A stretch of 64,000 nucleotides of DNA, from NCBI GenBank assembly GCA_009914755.4, contig CP068257.2, positions 26,080,001 through 26,144,000 of the forward strand, read 5' to 3'. The first letter of the stretch is position 1. Each line of letters starts with the position of its first letter. The stretch is from the human T2T-CHM13v2.0 reference genome, Homo sapiens. The translations under genes were made by a program, and so were the position numbers. A model generated the notes under the pieces. The model saw only the letters and a program-made list of their open reading frames with translations. It was not told the origin of the DNA and did not search any database. Shown in pieces: positions 39,011-51,552 of this stretch.

Positions 39011-40151
39011 ATTAATGCACTCTCCGTTCATATTAATAGCCTTGTGCCTTAACTACTATTACTCTACATCATGGACCCTATGGTTCTGCCATGCCCCCGT
39101 GAGGAACTAGGGCAACATAGATGAGCTGTGCAACTCTATTGTTTTTCTTTACTCACTCTCTCTTTACACATGTATTCTATGCAATTCTTGTTTCCTGGTT
39201 TAGTAATAAATCAAATTTCAAGTGAAATAAGTCTAATTATTAGTCATGCCAGCTGGCAGACCCAAACATTCTTTGACTGAGTCCAGACCAGCCCTTTGCA
39301 ATTCATTTTAACTAATAGCACTGCTTCGTGTTGTATTTGTTTTATATTACAACTAATAATATCTATGTTCATTGGCTTTTAATTTTATTATAAGGAACCT
39401 CATAATTTAGAAATAATTTGAGAAAAATACTAAGAAGCATATCTCCAGGACTAATATTTTGCAAAAGACAAATCCTGTAACTACAACTCTCTATCAGACT
39501 TTCCTACTTTCATGTCCAACGTAAGTTAGAAAATAGACTCACATTCAAAATTGTCCTGTATGTTTCTATTCCTTTTCTTCCTCCAGCTTCATATTTTTTT
39601 CTCAACATTTTAAATTTTAGGTACTTAAATTCTCCCTCATCTTTGATCACCATAGAATTTTATAAAGTTGGTGGATCATAGAGATAATATAGTCCAAGCT
39701 AAAGTCCATAAATATCCTGCATTTACATATTGAATTTTTAGCTTTACAATGTCTACATTAATAACAGATTCTATAGTTTGCTTTTCCATTCCAGTTCTGC
39801 TACTATCATAAGAAAATGGCTTTATTTCCTCATACATACCTATTATTGTAATGACCTCTAATTAATGAAGCTTCTCGTTTCCCTTTTAGTGATGAGAATA
39901 AAGTGATATTAATATTTTCCTCATGTATGTTTGTTATATGGCTTATCAATTTTTACAAACTTAAATTTAAAATTATCTTAAAAGAATTGCTGGTATGCAA
40001 TCTTGTTTCTTATATGGGAATATGAAGTGATGATTATGAAGGACCTAGCTGGAAACATTCATTAGTTGACATGTAAAATATAATTTGAATACTTAGTAGA
40101 ACAAGGTTTTAGTTAGCTGGCCGCCGCTCACCAGGAGTATAAAGTTATTGC

Positions 40152-40510
40152 TGTGGTCTGAATGTTTGTATCCCTTCAAAATTTCTATGTTAAAACCTAA
40201 TCACCAATGTGATGGTGCTAAGGAGCAGCACCTTTGGAAGGTGATGGGGTTATGTAGAGAAAGTCCCCATTAATGAGACTATGGTCCTTATCAAAGAGAA
40301 CCCAGGCACTGCCTTTTCTTTTTCACTATTTAAAGACATGGGGAGAAGGCACTATCTATGCACCAGAAAGAGGGCCCTCCCCAGACACCGAATCTGCTTA
40401 CACCTTGGTCTTAGACTTCCAAGCTTTCAGAACTATGAGAAATAGATTTTTGTTGTTATAAGCTACCCAGTCTATGGCATTTTGTTATAGCAACCCAAAT
40501 AGACTAAAGT
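40152..40510 (+). mobile_element. LTR-like solo element (same family as 16808-17180)
   Basis: 'gtttgtatcccttcaaaatttctatgttaaaacctaatcaccaatgtgatggtgctaagg...ccccagacaccgaatctgcttacaccttggtcttagacttccaagctttcagaactatgagaaatagatttttgttgttataagctacccagtctatggcattttgttatagcaacccaaatagactaaag'. Confidence 0.55.
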
Positions 40511-41479
40511 AGTTATTATAAAATAGGTTGTAAGATAAATATGAATGTGATACAGAGTGGAGTACCCCATTAACAAAATCCAGGCAATAAACAGGAGTGA
40601 AATATGTTATTGGAAAGAGAACATTAGATAAACAGGCAAAGGCTGAACATGAAAAGAGTCTGAGTTTGTTCACTAGCATGTCAATTAGAAGTGCAGTAGG
40701 AAAATTGTTTAAAATCATGCCAACAATATAACCAACCAGTAACTACAAGCAAGTCCTCCTCATTATTTCATTCAGTCTTGCTTATTCCAAAGAATCTTGG
40801 GTCTGCCGTCTGCTCTCATCAAGTACATTTGCTTCCAGACTTGAGAGTCTTAGAATTTGTAATGCAGCCTACCATGGCAGCCTGAAAGTTTTCTAAGCCA
40901 TATCATTATGAAAGTCTGTGCCCAAAGAGTCTGTTTTATTAAGCACAATTACTGGGCAACTAAATAATTTCTAACTAGTCTGAGCAGTGTAACATTGATT
41001 ACTAAGAATAATTTTAATCTTATTTACTTTTGCTTCTAATTCTTCTATGCTATATGATGGTTCAAGTTTGTGACCATGTGAATGAACATGTTAAATTTGT
41101 CACACTAAGGTATAATGGGGTGTGTGCTTAAAGGAAATTGTTTTAGGTGTTCTTGTGTAGACTATACACTTTTGTACTTATTTGTTCCTCTTCCATGAAA
41201 TATATTTGTCAAGTGGGAAGAAAATTCCAATTTACATAAAACTTCATTAAGCCTGGGACTCTAACTCAATAATAAATACGGAACTGAACTGAGTACTTTA
41301 CTCTAGATGATTAGTTATTAAGCATTAGCACATATCAGATCCATCTGGAGGGCTCGTTAAAATACAAACTGCTGAGATTCATCCTCAGAGTTTTTGATTC
41401 AGTAGGTCTTGACATGCAATTTTGCATTTCTCTTAAGTTTACACAGTAAAGCTAAAATTGCTGGTTCAAGGCCCACACT

Positions 41480-42060
41480 TTTATAACTGTTGCACTTTTT
41501 GCCTTTTATAATATCCAAGTGGCCTCTTGATGCAATGATAGAGGCAGGAGTCTGAGAAATTCTAGGCAGACAGGGGCAGGTCCCTGGCAAAATCCCATCC
41601 CTGAGTCAAAAAGCCTGAAACCCAATGGCCCGAAGTGAGAACTTCCATCCCTGTGTACCCGCTCTCTCCCGATTGGTTCTTTCTGAATAGAATATTTTTA
41701 CCAATTGAATGTTGCTTTTTCCATAACCACCTACAGCCCACCCTGCCCCAATTCTGTGCCTATAAAGACCTCAGGCTCAGCCAGCAGAGAGGAAAAGTGG
41801 CTGGATGTTGAGAGAGGCAGTTTGACTCCAGAGATGGCAGCTGGATGTCGGAAAGCAGCAACTTGACTTCACAAGAGAGAGGCAGAGGTGACTTAATATC
41901 AGAGGAGAGCAACCTGCCCTTCCCATCCCCTTTCCATCTCCCCTCTTGCTGAGAGCCGCTCTCGTCACGCAATAAAATTCACCACATTCACCATCCTTCA
42001 ATTTATATTTGCGACCTCATTCCTCTTGGGCACCGGACAAGAATTTGGGATGCACCAAGT
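41480..42060 (+). mobile_element. LTR-like element with canonical TATA box and AATAAA signal (unclassified ERV LTR?)
   Basis: '...ccaattctgtgcctataaagacctcaggctcagccagcagagagg...gagagccgctctcgtcacgcaataaaattcaccacattc...gacctcattcctcttgggcaccggacaagaatttgg' has a U3-R-U5-like layout. Family not identified. Confidence 0.35.
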
Positions 42061-43140
42061 GTGGACACCCACAAAGGCTGTCACAGTGGCCCTTTGCCAT
42101 TGCCAGCAGAGGGCAGCTGCCCCATGCAATAAGCCAAAGGGCTGGCTGAGCTGATAACACACTGCTTTCTGTGGATGGCGGCGGAGCTAAAAGAGTATTG
42201 TAACATGCCCTCTGGGGCCTTGGGGAACCCCACCTGGATCCTGCCAAGAGGCCTGCATGAAGTTTGCTCCTGCCAGCACTAAAGCAGCCAGTTTTTTCCT
42301 GCACTCACTCACCTGCACACTTCCTCCTGCGATGGGTGGGACACAGTCAACCTGAGTGAGCAGAGTTTGCTCATGCAGGCACCTAAATTGCTGGCAAGTT
42401 CCTGAGCTCATTCGCTTCAATTCCCGTACTCATTTGCATGGGTGCTCCCTCCCACAAGGGGTTGAACAGGACAGGTTGAGTAAATGGTGCACCCCTCTTT
42501 TGAGTCCCACCAAGGGTCAAGAAAATATCCTGCATCACTTTGTCAACTTATGCCACTTAAAGGACATGCTGCCTACTTTAGACTTATTTACAAGTTTGCA
42601 TAATTTTTAGACATAGACAACGCCGTTTATCTCTGCAATTACTATCAATTCTAACCTAGGAAGCACCAAGTTAATGGCAATAAAAAAAAAAAGAATAAAC
42701 AACTGTTTCCAGCAACAAGGTGACTGTACCAGTAATTAATTTATTGCCTTCCAGAGGCAAATTCACTATTGCCTGTTCTGAGAAAAAGAATCTGGGCCCT
42801 TCAAATAGCTGCCAGAATGTAAAAACTTGCCAGCAGATGGTGGTGGAGAGATGCTGGAGGTGGAAGGGATTTCATCCCAGGTCTGGTATGCTCCCTCATC
42901 AGGCTCTCACAGTGGAACACACCTTCTCCAACACCTGGCTCCTGTTCAGCAGCACCCAGAGACCATCAGCTTCCTTTTGCACTCCTTTCAGATAATTTAG
43001 CAGTTGAGTCTCTCTGGAAAAATCAATAGCTTTCCATGACACCCCAGAGGATGAATCTCCTGCCTGCCCAAAAGGCATATTTTCAGCAATTTCTTCCAGT
43101 ACAGCCCCACTGCAACTACTCTGCCACCCAGTGAGAGCCA

Positions 43141-43390
43141 CATTCTCTTTTCTTTTTTTTCTTTTTTTTAATTTTTGATTTCCAACTTTTAAGCTCAAGG
43201 GAACATGTTCAGGATATAGAGTGTGCAGTTTGGTACATAGGTAAACATGTGCTTTGTGGTTTGCTGCACAGATCATCCCATCACCTAGGTATTAAGCCCA
43301 GCATCCATTAGCTGTTCTTCCTGATGCTCTCCCTCCTCCCATGCCCCACCCTCCAACAGGCCCTAGTCTGTGTTGTTCTCTCCCCGGCAA
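43141..43390 (-). mobile_element. L1 3'-UTR terminal ~230 bp + poly(T), antisense
   Basis: Reverse complement 'ttgccggggagagaacaacacagactagggcctgttggagggtgggg...ggtgatgggatgatctgtgcagcaaaccac...cctatgtaccaaactgcacactctatatcctgaacatgttcccttgagcttaaaagttgg...aaaaaaagaaaaaaa'. Confidence 0.85.
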
Positions 43391-43775
43391 TTGGCAATTC
43401 CTCAAAGACTTAGAGGCAGAAATACCATTTGACCCAGCAATCCCATTATTGGGTATATACCCAAAGGAATATAAATCATTCAATCAGGAACATATACGCA
43501 TGTGTACGTTCACTGCAGCACTATTCACAATAGCAAAGACATGGAATCAACCTAAATGTCCATCAATGATAGACTGGATAAAGAAAATATGGTACATACA
43601 CACCATGGAATACTATGCAGTCACAAAAAGGAATGAGATCATGTCTTTTGTAGGGACATGGATGGGGCTGGAAGTCATTATCCTCAGAAAACTAATGCAG
43701 GAACAGAAAAACCAAACAGTGCATGTTCTCACTTATATGTGGGAGCTGAGTGTTGAGAACACATGGACACATGGT
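43391..43775 (+). mobile_element. L1 ORF2 C-terminal segment (sense), L1-coordinate-contiguous with the antisense 3' UTR to its left
   Basis: ORF 43341-43805 'LKDLEAEIPFDPAIPLLGIYPKEYKSFNQEHIRMCTFTAALFTIAKTWNQPKCPSMIDWIKKIWYIHTMEYYAVTKRNEIMSFVGTWMGLEVIILRKLMQEQKNQTVHVLTYMWELSVENTWTH' = L1 ORF2p C-terminus. Confidence 0.85.
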
Positions 43776-44225
43776 AGTGAGCCACATTCTTACCCTTTCC
43801 AATAAGGCTTGAATCTCATCTTGGTAGGGAGGGAGCAGTCTTACTGGATGCTGTATTTCAGCACCAGGGATTGGAGAACACTCCCTCACTTTTGCATCAG
43901 CTAATCCTGTACTCTATAAAATTCTTTTCATTTATTACAATCCTATTCCTCCATACACAAATCTCCTGTTAAAATTAATAACTTTTATATCAAACTTCCT
44001 CTGTTCACATTACTGTGTTGGTTTCTCCCTCCTGATTGGATCACAACTGATACAATTGGGTTAAATACTTTTTCATAAAATAAATTATTAAATCCATTCC
44101 TTTAGTGTGTAAGTATTTAGAGTTTACAAATTACTGAGATTTAATTCTACAAATTATACATATTTACAATCTAGGTGAAGGCACTCAAGAGATATTTAAA
44201 CATTTCCCCTCTAAGACATCAGTTT

Positions 44226-44238
44226 AAAGAAAGACAAA

Positions 44239-44290
<52 letters not shown>

Positions 44291-44293
44291 AAA
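44226..44293 (+). repeat. (GAAA)16 tetranucleotide microsatellite
   Basis: 'aaagacaaaaagaaagaaagaaag...gaaagaaaacc'. Confidence 0.95.
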
Positions 44294-45567
44294 CCCTTTG
44301 CTAGCACAAAACAGTCCCCAAAACCTTACTGTTGGGGTTGAGAAACTGATACCTCCTATGGCACTTTGGAATGCTGAGTACTTTGAATCAAAGGAGTTGA
44401 AAGACCATAGAAGCAACTTCAGAACCAATGTCACTCTGACCTCCTGCTCTTCTGTCTCTTACCCTCTTTCTCCTGCAATAGTGCAAGGAGGGGCTCTCCC
44501 TGAACTTTCCTTATCTGTCTAAAGATTGGCCCTCTAGAAAGAATACACTTGTCATGAGTGTTTTTCCTGGGAATCTCATCAGCCAGGGAAAAGTAAAAGT
44601 ATCACAGGGGAGGAAACTGAAAGTTGACAACATGCCCAGGCAGATTTTATCACAGACTATCGCCTCTTTTTCTGAGACTGTTTATTACCTGAAAGACCTT
44701 TTGTTTGCATAACAAGACAACCTTTGTTCACCCTGCATTTTCTCCCCTCACTCTCCCATAACTTGTGTCACCACCAACCCTAGAATCCCCAGGCCTGTAT
44801 TCCTTTCTTCAGCTCAAGATGTTATATATGTTTCAATCATCTGCCCCCTTTTCAAGTCTCATATTTTGTGGGACTCCTATGTGTATGCAAATAATTAAAA
44901 TGTTTTTTTCTCCTGTTAGTAATTATCAAACCTTCAGAGGATAAAGAAAGTTTCCTTTCTCTATATTAATAATCTCTAGTCCCAACATTCCATTCCTCAT
45001 TCCCCAGCATTCACACACACATTTCCATGCTGCTTTTCAACAAAAAGTTTTATTTCCTGCAGTGTAGCAAAATAACATGATTCTAAGTTCTCTTTTATAA
45101 AATCTGTTAGCTATTATAATTCCTTCACTCACTTTCCCCTTTGTAATAAATTTTTCCCCATCCATTAAAATAATATGGGCTTAGTAGAATGCTTAAAAAA
45201 TAAAGATCCACATGAAAAATTTAAAGTCATGTATAAACATATAATTTAGTGATAATTAGTGTTAACATTTTGGCTCATTTTCTCTTTGCCTTTGTAAAAT
45301 TACATTAGTCTTGGATTTGTTTCTTTTCCTACCCCTATCACAAAAGATGCTCCTCTTCATCCATGGTTACTATTTTAGTGTGCCCTAAAGGATATCACAG
45401 CTGATATGTCAGGCTACAGTTGTAACTTCCCTAAAATTATGACCTTCTTCTATCGTTGATGTTGTCACCACGTGGTAATGAAATCTTAGGATATTATAAA
45501 TAGTTTGGTATTTGATTCTCATATTTAATAATGAATCTAGAGATTTCAGGGAAGAAATAAAGTTGAT

Positions 45568-45925
45568 ATTGTTTGGATATTTGTTCCCTTTAAATGTCAT
45601 CTTGAAATTTGATCCTCAGTGTTGGAGGTGGAGCTTAGTGAAAGGCATCTAGGTCATGCAGCACTCCTAGCACCTCCAAGGTCTGCTTTTTCAAAAGAGT
45701 CTGGAGCCTCCCTTTATTCACTTTTTCCTTCTCTCTCACCGTGTGTTGGTTTCTCTCCTTTCCCTTCTGCCATGAGTGAAAACTTTCTGAAGCCCTCATC
45801 AGAAGCAGATGCTGGTACCATGCTTGCACAGCCTGCACGAGTGTAAGCCAAATAAACCTCTTTTCTTTATAAATTCCTCAGCCTCATAGTATTCCTTTAC
45901 AGCTATGCAAATGGACTAAGACAAG
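45568..45925 (+). mobile_element. ERVL-MaLR solo LTR (MST/MLT-like)
   Basis: 'tgatattgtttggatatttgttccctttaaatgtcatcttgaaatttgatcctcagtgttggaggtggagc...ccctcatcagaagcagatgctggtaccatgcttgcacagcctgcacgagtgtaagccaaataaacctcttttctttataaattcctcagcctcatagtattcctttacagctatgcaaatggactaagaca'. Confidence 0.7.
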
Positions 45926-46539
45926 AGTTGATCCCCTTCAACCACACAGAAAAAGACTTCCACTTTGTTGAATTTGCTTCATTTACAAACAAAACTCTAA
46001 TAATAATAGCATACAGAGAATTAAAGAATACAATTGATCATATGCACTGACTTAGAAAAGGAATGCACATGGGATGGCAAAATAGAGAAGGCTTCTTGTG
46101 AGTGTGTGGGGGAGGCAGGATAGGGTTATCTGGGTCTTTAAAAAAACACTTGACTTAAGCAGAGAGGGCTATGAGAGGGCTTAATAAAAGTACAGAGGTA
46201 GAAATACAGAAGAGGTATAAAAATAACAAATAGTCTTATGTGATTACAACTTGACATATGTAATTTAGCGGAAGCATTTTCTACTTCTGAAACAAATTAT
46301 GATTAACACTTCCTGTAATAGGTTTATAATTATGTAAACCTATTTAAATCAATCATTTGCACAACAAAATGAATGAATTAATTTGTTGCAGCTGTGTTTA
46401 CTGAGGCACACATGTAAAGCAATTTTAAATGTTGTCAAGTAACAATGATTTCGTTTCATGACTCACACTAAGTGAGAAATTCTGATTTTTTTAAGACAAA
46501 GTTTAAAAAATCAAAAACTTAAAACTCCTGGAACTAAAA

Positions 46540-47580
46540 GCATAGAAGAAAAGCTTCATGACATAGGACATGACAATGTGTTCTCACATATGACACCAAA
46601 GCACAGGGAAAGAAAGCAAAAGTAGAAAAGGGACTATATCAAACTCAAAAACTTTTGTGCATTGAAGGACACACCTAACAGCCTGAAAAGGCAACCTATG
46701 GAGTAGGAGAAAATATTTGCAAATCATATATATCTATACATATATATGGATATGATAGTAAATTGTTATACAGAAAATATAAAAAGAACTTCTATAACTC
46801 AATAACAAAAATCAAATAACTTATTTTTTTAAATGGGCTAAGGACTTGAATAGATATTTCTCCAAAAGTAATACGCAAATGGACCACAGTCATATAAAAC
46901 AAATATTTGACATCATAAATAATTAGGGAAATGCAAGTTAAAATCACAAGATATCATCTTACATTCACTAGTATGACTGCTATCAAAAAAATGAAACAAA
47001 ACAGAAAATAACAAATGTTAGTGAGAATGTGGAGAAATTGGAACCCTAGTACACTGTTGGCGGGATTGTGCAACCACTATGCAAAAATTATAAAAAATTA
47101 AAAATAGAACTACCATATTACCCAACAATTCCACATCTGGGATTTTAACCAATACTTTTAACCAAAAGTATTGAAAGAAGAGTCTCAAAGAGATATTTGA
47201 ACACTCATGTTTATAGAAGCACTATTTAAAACACCAACAAGTAGAAGCAGCCCAAATATCCATTGACAAGTGAATGGATGAAGGAAATGTAGTATATACA
47301 CATACAATGGAATATTATTCACCCCTAAAAAGGAAATCTTGTCACATACTACAGCAGGGATAAGCCTGAATGATATGCTAAATAAATAAGCCAGTCACAA
47401 TAAGACAAATACTGTATGATTCAACTTCTATAAAATGGTGATTACTAGGGACTGAGGTGAAAAAGTTCTAGATATATGTATTACAACAATTTGAATATAC
47501 TTAAAACTACTGAATTGCACTCTTAAAATGATTAAAATGAAGAAAATACATGTTTTTAACTACAATTTAATTTTTTTTAA
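46540..47580 (+). mobile_element. Old L1 (L1M-like) 3' end: ORF2 C-terminus + 3' UTR, heavily decayed
   Basis: Frames translate to '...KTFCA.KDTPNSLKRQPMEWEKIFANHI...', '...CGEIGTLVHCWRDCATTMQK..NRTTI.PNNSTSGI...' and 'QISIDK.MDEGNVVYTHTMEYYSP.KRK.C' (ORF2p C-terminal motifs), then an AT-rich tail. Confidence 0.75.
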
Positions 47581-48108
47581 ATCACAAATTTAGTGATAGG
47601 TATGTGGCTTTATAGATGTTTTAATCCAAACTTCACATTTTAACAATAAAAGTACTAGGACCTTAGAAGATGGGTGACTGGTTTCAGATTATCCAGTCAA
47701 GATGAAAATTTATGCCTTCCAAATTACCACATCTTAGGTGTCTTCATCTGCTAGCTTAATCCCAGGTTGTTCCTGGACTATCTCTACATCAAGCAGTGAA
47801 AGCTTAACTCCCTTCATGTTTTACGATGGATAAATATGTGAGGTGAAAATCAAGAGGCTAGCATTGACCCAATGTACATCATCTATCAAGGAGACAATGT
47901 TCGTTTGTGCTTTGATGAATCTCTAAGACAACATTGTCATGATTTTGTTTTCATCACACATTTGCATTAGGTACTCTCATTGCTTAAAGTCTCCTGGCCA
48001 CATTTCTAAATGTAAACATTCAGATAATCCGGGTCATTATAACCTTCAGTATAAAATCCAAGATTTAAAGAATACAAACACTTCTTGGTATATACATCTG
48101 GTATGTGC

Positions 48109-48141
48109 AACACACACACACATACACACACACACACACAA
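48109..48141 (+). repeat. (CA)n microsatellite
   Basis: 'cacacacacacatacacacacacacacaca'. Confidence 0.9.
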
Positions 48142-49699
48142 TGACTGATAGGCCAGCTCTTCACTTTAACTTTATTTAATGTCAGTTTCTATAAATTGGT
48201 TAGGAAATGCTAGTAGAGTGAGATAAAGGAAATTAAAATTGTAGGTATCATTTCCACAAAGCAGGTGCCACTCTCAAAGCTTTGCTATTCCTTGATCCAC
48301 CCGGTCAAGGACACTGACATTATGTGGTAAAGGGAGAAAACGTCAGGGCTTGATTGGAGGGGAGGAAAGTAGAAGACAGAGTGGAATCAGGTAGGTGTTA
48401 GAGATAAAAATGGTCAAAAAGAACTAGGGAGCTCAAACGAAATCAGATTCATACTGCAGAGTAAATACTTGCTTTGGAGTCTCTTATTGAGCACTGAATA
48501 TCGTAGTGCAGGCCGCTATAACAGAGGTCATAGACTGGGTGTCTTAAAAACAGCAGAATTTTATTTCTCATAGGTCTGGAGCATGGAAGTCCAAGATCAG
48601 GCTGCCAGCATGGCCATGTTCTCCTCCATGGTTAAGGGTCTCTTCTGGGCTGCAGACTGCCATCTTCAAATCTTGTATCTTCACATGGCAGAAAAAAAGA
48701 TCAAGAAAGGTCTCTGGGATCGCTTTTATAAAGGCATTGATCCCATTAATGAAGGTTCCACTCTTATGACCTGATGACCTCCTCAAAGCCTCACATCGTA
48801 ATAACATCACATTGGGGTTACGATCTCATCATATGAATTTGCAGGGGAGGGACAAAAACATTATACCTATAATAATGGATATATGCCAGACAGAGTGCTA
48901 ATAGCTGGTGTTACTGAAATTAAAAAGACTACTAAGTCCATAGGATATGGAAGAGTAAAGAATTCTAGATCATTTTGGGGTCCCTGTTAGTTTTTTATAT
49001 GCAGACAAATATTAGAAACAACAAAAAATAGTAGTGCATGTGAGACTACAAAGATGGACAGGACAAGTTAGGAGAGCTTTACATTTTAACATTAGAAATT
49101 GAGAGAGAATATCTTCTTTATTATGAAATAATTTGGAAATTACAATTTTAGTGAGCAAAGTATTTACAAGAAGGATAGTTTATGAGACAATTATCATTGA
49201 GAAAGGGAAGTATAACATCAATTCAACAGCTACTGGAGCCATGGAGTCTACACAGGAGGCAAAAGAGCTGCAGCAAAGGCCTCAGAGCAAAATAGAAACA
49301 GTCTCTCAAATGGATGAAAACAATCTAGCAAATTTTCACAAGGGTAATCAGTAGATGCTCCTTGCCAAGAGAAGGGATCTTTACCATGATGCAGAAGCTC
49401 TGCTGTACTGCACATGATAACCCAGCATCAGTTTTACTAAATTTGATTGTTCCTGGACTCAATAGAAGCTGAAGAATCATGAGTCACCAAGTCAGTGGTA
49501 GAAATGGAGGTAGCAGGATAGTGTCTCAAATGAACTTCTAGAACCATTATTCATAAATGATATACAATCCGGAATTGCTCTGCTATCATTAAGATGAACA
49601 AAGTAAACTCCATGTTCACCACTATTGCAACAATTCATTATTTCAAATATTTGAGTGCTCTATTAATGAAGGTTCTCCACAAAGGCAGGACAAGTAAAA

Positions 49700-49770
49700 T
49701 TAGCAGATGATATAGATATAGATATATACATACAGATAGATATAGATATAGATAGATGCACAAAAAATTG
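49700..49770 (+). repeat. Imperfect (GATA)n/(TAGA)n microsatellite
   Basis: 'gatgatatagatatagatatatacatacagatagatatagatatagatagatg'. Confidence 0.7.
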
Positions 49771-50404
49771 TTTTTTTAGAGGAATTAGCTTATATGATTA
49801 TGGAGGTTGAGAAGTCCCATGACAGGACATTTGCAAGCTGAAGGTTTTGGGATGCTAGTAGTACAACTCAGTTCAAGTCTGAAAGCCTCAGATCCAGAGG
49901 AGCTGGTGGTATAATTCCCCATTAGAGGGTGAAGGCCTGAGAATTCAGGGGGCCACTGGAGTAACTCCTAAGGCCCAAAGGCTAGAAGGGCTGGCGTTCT
50001 GATGTAGAGGCAGGAGAAGAAGTCTCCCAGCTCCAGGAGAAAAACAATCACCCTTCTTCCTTTTCTGTTCCATGTGGGCCCTCAACATTTTGGATGGTGC
50101 TGCCCACATTGAGGGCAGGTCTTCCCCACTCAGTCCACTCCCTCACATGCCAATCTCCTAGGAACACCCTCAGACACACCCAGAAATAATACTTTACCAG
50201 TTCTCTAGTTGACATGTAACATTAACCACCTTGAGAACCCAACACCTATTTACACCTATTTAAGTAGCAATGGGTTATCGCAGCACGAGGCTACTATTGA
50301 AGTTGTTCATGACTATGTCCGTTTATGAAGTAATTTAAAAGATTTTTTCAGTTACTTCCATTAATCGCAGCCCACATAAACTTTGTTAACATTATTAATT
50401 ACTA

Positions 50405-50514
50405 AGAATGTTTTCCTCATGTATTATTGGTACATTATAGAAAATGTAAACATCCCCCTAGGTAGAAGCCATCTATTTTGTTAGTGGTGAGAAGATTATA
50501 TTAATAATTCTTTT
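50405..50514. repeat. Left arm of a ~185-bp inverted repeat (non-L1 flank portion), partner 52496-52602
   Basis: rc(50405-50514) = 'gaattattaatataatcttctcaccactaacaaaatagatggcttctacctagggggatgtttacattttctataatgtaccaataatacatgaggaaaaca' is about 93% identical to 52496-52602. Confidence 0.85.
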
Positions 50515-51552
50515 TTTAAATTTATTTCTTACATTTTAAGTTCTGGGATACATGTGCAGAATGTGCAGGATTGTTATATAGGCATACACGTACAATGGTG
50601 GTTTGCTGCACCCATCAACTTATCATCTACATTAGGTATTTCTCTTAATGTTGTCCCTCCCCTAGCCCTCTACCCCCTGACAGGCCCCACTATGTAATAC
50701 TCCCCTCCCTGTGTCCATGTGTTCTCATTGTTCAACTCCCACTTATGAGTGAGAACATGTGGTGTTTGGTTTTCTGTTCTTGCGTTAGTTTGCTGAGAAT
50801 GATGGTTCCCAGCATCATCCGTGTTCCTGCAAAGGACATGAACTCATCTTTTTATGTCTTCATAGTATTCCATGGTGTATATGTGCCACATTTTCTTCAT
50901 TCAGTCTATCATTGATAGGCATTTGGGTTAGTTCCAAGTCTTTGCTATTGTGACAGTGCTGCAATAAACATACATGTGCATGTGTCTTTATAGTGGAATA
51001 ATTGATAATCCTTTGGGTATACAACCAGTAATGGGATTGTTGGGTCAAATGGTATTTCTGGTTCTAGATCCCAGAGGAATCACCAGACTGTATTTCACAA
51101 TGATTGGACTAATTTGCACTCCCACCAACAGTGTAAAAGCATTCCTATTTCTCCACATCCTCTCTAGCATCTGTTGTTTGCTGACTTTTTAATGATCGCC
51201 ATTCTAACTGGCGTGAGATGGTATCTCATTGTGGTTTTGGTTTGCATTTCTGTAATGACCAGTGATGATGAAATTTTCCATATGTTTGTTGGCCACATAA
51301 ATGTCTTCTTTTGAGAAGTGTCTGTTAATATCCTTCACCCACTTTCTGATGGGGTCGTTTGTTTTTTTTCTTGTAAATCTGTTTAAGTTCTTTGTAGATT
51401 CTGGATGTTAGCCCTTCGACAGACGGATAGATTTCAATAATTTTCTCCCATTCTATAGGTTGCCTGTTCATTCTGATGATAGTTTCTTTTGCTGTGCAGA
51501 AGCTCTTTAGTTTAATTAGATCCCATTTGTCAATTTTTGGCTTCTGTTGCCA
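50515..51552 (-). mobile_element. L1 3' portion (ORF2 C-terminal third + 3' UTR + short poly(A)), antisense
   Basis: ORF 51325-51573(-) '[69 protein letters not shown]' = ORF2p '(M)[64 protein letters not shown]'. 3' end rc '...ggtgcagcaaaccaccattgtacgtgtatgcctatataacaatcctgcacattctgcacatgtatcccagaacttaaaatgtaagaaataaatttaaaaaaa'. Confidence 0.9.

Noticed and set aside
41800-42500. Relatively GC-rich stretch that might be a CpG-island promoter or exon
   Set aside because: CpG dinucleotides are sparse (a handful in about 700 bp). The GC-richness is explained by an LTR-like element. No ORF with homology. Not called as gene or promoter, beyond the LTR hypothesis.
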